Shown: piece by piece, positions 59,335-64,000 of the stretch
Layout: every line of letters begins with the position of its first letter
How positions within the stretch are numbered: position 1 is the stretch's first letter
NCBI GenBank assembly: GCA_964016885.1
Contig: OZ024747.1
Location: 27,218,001-27,282,000 of the forward strand
Direction of reading: 5' to 3'
From: Eledone cirrhosa
Taxonomy: Eukaryota
Length of the DNA: 64,000 nucleotides
Notes under the pieces: model-generated
What the model saw: the letters and a program-made list of their open reading frames with translations, nothing else
What the model was told of the DNA's origin: nothing
Database searches by the model: none
Program-made: the position numbers and the translations under genes

Positions 59335-59665
59335 TCACACACATTGTTTTTATATAAGGACATAACCAAACATACAGAATATATGTAAGTACACACACAT
59401 TGCTTTTATATAAGGACATAGCCAAACATACAGAATATATGTAAGTACTCACATTGTTTTTATATAAGGACATTGCCAAACATACAGAATATATGTTAGT
59501 ACACTCACATTGTTCTTATATAAGGACATTGCCAAACAAACAGAATATATGTTAGTACACTCACATTGTTTTTATATAAGGACATAGACAAACATACAGA
59601 ATATATGTTAGTACACTCACATTGTTTTTATATAAGGACATAGACAAACATACAGAATATATATA
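59335..59665. repeat. Minisatellite, 56-bp unit, about 6 copies
   Basis: AAGGAC recurs at 59356, 59412, 59466, 59522, 59578, 59634. Confidence 0.92.
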
Positions 59666-59675
59666 TATACAGTCA

Positions 59676-59706
<31 letters not shown>

Positions 59707-59795
59707 TCATATCTAGATATTATATATATATACAGTCATATCTATGTATAATATATATACCTAAATGTATATGTTACTGTTGTTTTCTTCTGCAG

Positions 59796-59940
59796 GCTCA
59801 TGCCACCTGCTACAAACACTTGCCCGAGGAGTGCAATTTTGGTAGTTTGCGTGAAATAATGCTGCCTTCCAGTTGCCTCACAATCCCCCGGCTGGATGTT
59901 AGCATGGAGACTTTGTTGGGACTCAATAATAAGAAATTTA
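59796..59940 (+). CDS. DGKQ: Diacylglycerol kinase theta exon (end of C1C and extension)
   Basis: ttcttctgcAG|GCT CAT...TTT A|GTgagc; AHATCYKHLPEECNFGSLREIMLPSSCLTIPRLDVSMETLLGLNNKKF; 145 nt. The 3' boundary is less certain. Confidence 0.9.
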
Positions 59941-61609
59941 GTGAGCATTCTTTTCTATTAATCCTTTTCCAGTTAATTAACTCTTAACCTCCTGTACCAC
60001 ATGAAAGATACTATAAACATTTGAATTAACAAATCTATTTTTTTTATATTTTCTTCTGCTAAATCATTATAGGATGTTAAGAGTTAATCATCATTGTCAT
60101 TATTAATTTTCCATTGTTTTTATTTATAGATTATCTAATATATACTATTTTCTACATAAAATATTCAATTAATTGATTATATTAATTACAGGTGCAGGCA
60201 TGGCTGTGTGGTTAAGGAATTTGCTTCACAACTACCTAGTTTTGAGTTCAGACATGTTAGGTTGACCAATGTCTTGTGAATGATATTTGGTAGACAGAAA
60301 CTGTAGAAGTCTGCTATGTGTGTGTGTGTGTGTGTCACCCCCACCTCCACCCTCCATTTTGAATTTATATATATAATTAAATTTAACATAGGAATGGCTT
60401 CTACGTGACTAGAACTGTTTCCTTCAAATGAATTCTAGTCCTGTAGAAGCCATTTCTATATTAAATTTGTTGTATACACTCTACTAATGCACTGAGTTAC
60501 TTACTGTGGTTACTCCTAATTGAACCTGGGACTCATATATGAGTGAGTGCATGTGTGTCCATGTCTGTGTATACATACATTTACTGTTTATTTATATCCC
60601 ATAAAATAAATGTTTTACATAAAAGAGATTGATAAAATAAATACTAGACTTGAAAAAAATGATTACTAAGGGTGAGCGATATGGTTGACTAAACTGTGCA
60701 GTAAATATCTTATCTACCCACTAAATCACTTGTCATTAGTCATTATGATATTTCTAATGAAAGACATTGCATATAATTTTCAAATAATTTTGAAAATAAT
60801 CATTATTAAGCTGGTGTTTGGAACATAATTTAATAAAGCTTCTTTAATAAAATTTTGATGGAAGGGTTTTAGTTAAATATAAACACTTTAAACAATTCAT
60901 TTTTTATATAGATATGCTTAAAAACAAACAGTTTTGTATCATAGAATCAGGGGCAGTTTTATGCAGTTTGGCATGAAAAGGGTTAAATAGTTGTAGTTAC
61001 AAGAATTCTTTGCAGACTTAAATTTGGCAGTGGAATTGCCGAACTGGAAAGTATGTGAGAAAAGGGCCAAAGAGATATTGGAAGAGACACAACAGGAATA
61101 TGATAGAAAAGGTTTAAGACCTATGACAAGAATATTTGGCTTGGAGACATTCAAAGAAAGATAAAAGTGTTATCATGATGGAAGTCGGTTAAATTGACAG
61201 AATAAATCAGAGTATTGTGTACATAGGTGCTGTATAATATCTGTATTAGATACAATGTGTGAAAGTGTGGCTTTGTGGATAATGTGTTTGGCTCATGATA
61301 GTAAGGTCATGAATTCCATTCCTGGTGGTAAGTTGTGTCCTTAAACCAGAAACTTTATTTTACATTGTTCCAGTCTGCTAAGCTAGCAAAAATGTGTTGT
61401 ATCTGTAAATAAAAGGGCCAGCCTTATAAAAAAAAACTGTGTCACATTGAATCTCCGTAAGAAATACATTAAAGGTAGGTGTGTCTATGGAGAGCTCAGC
61501 CACTGGTTAATTTAACAAGCAGGCTGTTCCATTGTTTAAACAATTAGAACACTAGTCAGAAACACCAGAGGTACAACACAGAAAGTATTAGTACAGCTGT
61601 TGTGTGGTG

Positions 61610-62640
61610 ACTGCTGTGACAGTACAGATATGATGTAATAACAGATGTGACAGTACAGATGTGTTAACAACTGTAACAGTACAGATGTGATGTAATAACA
61701 GTTGTAACAGTACAGATGTGATGTAATAACAGATGTGACAGTACAGATGTAACAACAACTGTAACAGTACAGATGTGATGTAATTACAGCTGTAACAGTA
61801 CAGGTGTGATGTAATAACAACTGCAACAGTACAGATGTGATGTAACTAACAGCTGTAACAGTACGATATGATGTAATAACAGATGTAACAGTATAGATGT
61901 GATGTAACAACAACTGTAACAATACAGATGTGATGTAATAACAATTGTAACAGTACAGATGTGATGTAATAACAGATGTAACAGTACAGATGTGATGTAA
62001 TAACAGATGTAACAATACATATGTGATGTAATAACAGCTGTAACAGTACAGATGTGATGTAACAGCTGTAACAGTACAGATGTGATGTAATAACAGCTGT
62101 AACAGTACACATGTGATGTAATAACAGGTGTAACAGTACAGATGTGATGTAGTAACATCTGTAACAGTACAGATGTGGTGTAATGACAACTGTATCGGTA
62201 CATATGTGATGTAATAACAGATGTAACAGTACAGATGTGATGTAATATCAGCTGTAACAGTACAGATGTGATGTAATGACAACTGTATCAGTACAGATGT
62301 GATGTAATGACAACTGTATCGGTACATATGTGATGTAATAACAGATGTGACAGTGCATATGTGATGTAATAACAGATGTGATGTAATAACATATGTGACA
62401 GTACATATGTGATGTAATAACATATGTGACAGTACATATGTGATGTAATAACAGATGTGACAGTGCATATGTGATGTAATAACAGGTGTAACAGTACAGA
62501 TGTGATGTAATAACAGATGTATCAGTACAGGTGTGATGTGACAACAGATGTGACACGACAGGTGTAATGTAATAACAGATGTTACAGTTCATGTATTGTG
62601 TAATAACAGCTGTATCAGTACAGGCATCTGTGATAAAAGC
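61610..62640. repeat. Minisatellite, about 31-bp unit CAGTACAGATGTGATGTAATAACAGATGTAA
   Basis: Direct reading. Confidence 0.93.
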
Positions 62641-62899
62641 TGCAACAGTGCAGGGTGGGAGGGGAAGGTGATAGAAAATTTTGTATAACACCTGTATTAA
62701 CAGTACTGATGTGTGTATGTGTGATAAGAGCTGTAACAGCGCAGGTGTGAATCATAACAAGAAAAGGCAGATGTTTTAAAGTATCTGTATTACCAGAACA
62801 TAATAGTACAGGTGGGTGGGTGTATGATAAGAGTGCAGCTGTGTGTGATAACACCTCTATTACCGAAACATAACAATTCATATGTATATGATAGCATCA

Positions 62900-63490
62900 T
62901 ATGAGTGCAGGTGTGTGTGTGATAGCATGGGAATTGTACAGGTGTGTGTGATAAGAGGATGATAGTACAGATGTATGTGATAAGATGATAATAGTACAGA
63001 TGTGTGTGATAACATAATAGTACAGATGTGAGTGATAATTTCCTAATAGTACAGATGTGTGTGATAACATCCTAATAATACAGATGTGTGTGATAACATC
63101 CTAATAGTACAGGTGTGTGTGATAACATCCTAATAGTACAGGTGTGTGTGATAACATCCTAATAGTACAGGTGTGTGTGATAACATCCTAATGGTACAGG
63201 TGTGTGTGTGATAACATTCTAATAGTACAGGTGTGTGTGATAACATCCTAATAGTACAGGTGTATGTGATAGCATTCTAATAGTACAGGTGTGTGTGATA
63301 ACATTCTAATAGTACAGGTGTGTGTGATAACATTCTAATAGTACAGGTGTGTGTGATAACATCCTAATAGTACAGGTGTGTGTGATAACATCCTAATAGT
63401 ACAGGTGTGTGTGATAACATCCTAATAGTACAGGTGTATGTGATAACATCCTAACAGTACAGATATGTCTGATAAGAGGATAATAGTACA
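62900..63490. repeat. Minisatellite, 29-bp unit TAATAGTACAGGTGTGTGTGATAACATCC
   Basis: Direct reading; 29-bp period (e.g. 63121/63150). Confidence 0.93.
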
Positions 63491-63809
63491 CAACAAACAA
63501 AGTGAAGCAAGACCAAGAAAGATGAAGTAAAAGGATTTAAAGAATATGATTTTTTTTATTATTATTATTATTTTTTTTTTTATTCAATTGTACTTTTACT
63601 GTGAAATATTGTGTAATATCTGTATGTAACTGGTGTCACAGATGTCAGATGATGGCAGCAGATAATGGTAGCAGATGATGGTATTAGCAGAGTAAAGAAC
63701 TTTTAGCTGTTCTTTTTACTATTATGGATAACATTCACTGAATAATGTCAGAATTTACTGAACATTAATGGCTATTGTAAGCCTCTTTATATGGCAAAAC
63801 AAAATTTAA

Positions 63810-63854
<45 letters not shown>

Positions 63855-63890
63855 TATATATAAATATACACACGTACACACACATATATA

Positions 63891-63920
<30 letters not shown>

Positions 63921-63922
<2 letters not shown>

Positions 63923-64000
63923 TACATTTCGCAAGAAGGGAAGCAGAGGAAAGAAAGTTCAAGCATGTTCTACAAAGCGAGGACCAAAAACGTGAGGTGT
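63921..64000 (+). mobile_element. Start of another 5'-truncated RTE copy, directly after (TA)n
   Basis: [23 protein letters not shown], nearly identical to the 34494-34754 ORF. Confidence 0.85.

Noticed and set aside
61536-62691. Cys/His/Tyr-rich minus-strand ORFs up to 310 aa
   Set aside because: Translations of the 31-bp minisatellite

Overview
Eukaryotic, AT-rich, repeat-dominated genomic DNA. It is most likely from an octopus or other coleoid cephalopod (inferred from the SINE/RTE/microsatellite make-up, not proven). The only host gene I can support is five small plus-strand exons (36128-59940). They splice in frame into the three tandem C1 zinc domains of a diacylglycerol kinase theta (DGKQ-like) protein. 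Its upstream exon was not found, so the first 36 kb is probably intron. The rest is about 5 kb of interrupted (TA)n, many RTE-clade LINE copies (one nearly intact at 32418-34800), Dong/R4-type and CR1-group LINE fragments, over 20 copies of a tRNA-derived SINE, a TTAA-flanked MITE family and several minisatellites. Almost all long ORFs in the supplied track are microsatellite artefacts. Most notable: (1) a minus-strand minimal type I hammerhead ribozyme at 3817-3889 with a palindromic stem III, overlapped by a perfect 57-bp inverted repeat and embedded in (TA)n; (2) a C4HC3 PHD finger inserted inside the reverse-transcriptase domain of the dominant RTE family, whose copies repeatedly abut (TA)n and whose 3' UTR seeds a 39-41 bp minisatellite. 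Exon, ribozyme and inverted-repeat coordinates were counted base by base; most repeat boundaries are approximate.
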